A stretch of 64,000 bases of DNA from assembly GCA_964106645.2 (NCBI GenBank), contig OZ067040.1; one strand, written 5' to 3'. The notes beneath the pieces were generated by a model. It saw only the letters and a program-made list of their open reading frames with translations. It did not search any database and was not told where the DNA came from. This document shows, piece by piece, positions 63,283 to 64,000 of this stretch (the stretch's first letter is position 1; every line of letters begins with the position of its first letter). The position numbers were made by a program, and so were the translations under genes. Source of the DNA: Podarcis pityusensis (lineage: Eukaryota).

Positions 63283-64000
63283 CTACTGAAAACTTTTGTT
63301 GTAGCAAAGCTCTCCAGACACATGATTTGATTTTTGATTTTTCTGAACAAGCAGCATATAAATTTTCTAAATTAGAGCAATACTTTCTCTGAAGTTACTT
63401 GCCTTTTACTGCTGGATTCATTAGCCCATACTAAAAAATGGAAATTGCTCTGATTTAGGAGGATAAGCTACACTTCTTTTTGAAAAAGAGGATCTGATCT
63501 CCAAAGTGCACACAAACCGAGGTTTTCAGTCTATGCTGTTCCGATAACCCATACAGCTAGCAGGAAGTGGCACAACCTGCATGGGTCATATGGTACTCAT
63601 GCTACCTGCGTTTTCACAGCACACTGCTTGAACTCTGAACTGTGCATTGAGACCTGAGTCAGGAGCATGGAAAGCTAGCATCTGGGAACACTCTAAAATG
63701 GGACTGGAGGCAGAATTTTCATCATAAGATGAAGAGGTTTGGAAATTCTCAGCCAGATGAGCAAGTACAGTGGCTGCAGACCTCAGAACACACTGAGGTG
63801 GTAGTAGAAGGTACAGCGTACAAAACAATTCATGCTCCTCCCCAAAGAAGGGAGAGATGTGTGGTGGTAGCAGGTGACTTTCTACAGAGGACAGAGGCAG
63901 TAGTGTGCCGGAAAATGACTCATGGTTTCAGTTGTCTCTATACAAATGCACAGAGTACAGGAAACAAGCAAGAAAAACTTGAGCTCTGAATACAGGATGG

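Overview
Vertebrate genomic DNA, most likely a squamate (lizard), judging by a full-length Sauria SINE, CR1/L2 relics and a squamate-type L1. The whole window lies inside one minus-strand gene, dystonin (DST/BPAG1, a spectraplakin), covering part of its spectrin-repeat rod. I traced 30 GT-AG coding exons (plus one tentative) that join in a consistent reading frame, about 2,270 aa. The main finding is in the 18.3-kb intron 35345-53658. It holds a 1,287-nt non-spectrin coding exon (ATG at 40735, donor after 39449) starting MGKPLSRPDCLRQNP, which resembles the KIAA0754 exon nested in the paralog MACF1. It carries an N-myristoylation signature, nearby cysteines and a DSGxxS degron, and splices in frame to the downstream DST exon. 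This predicts an internal-promoter, lipid-anchored short dystonin lacking the actin-binding and plakin domains. The same intron holds a young 5'-truncated L1 (intact 781-codon ORF2 segment, poly(A), 18-bp TSD) in sense orientation. There is also a 167-bp near-perfect intronic hairpin, hAT and Harbinger MITEs with TSDs, and microsatellites. Homology calls are from recall, not from a search.
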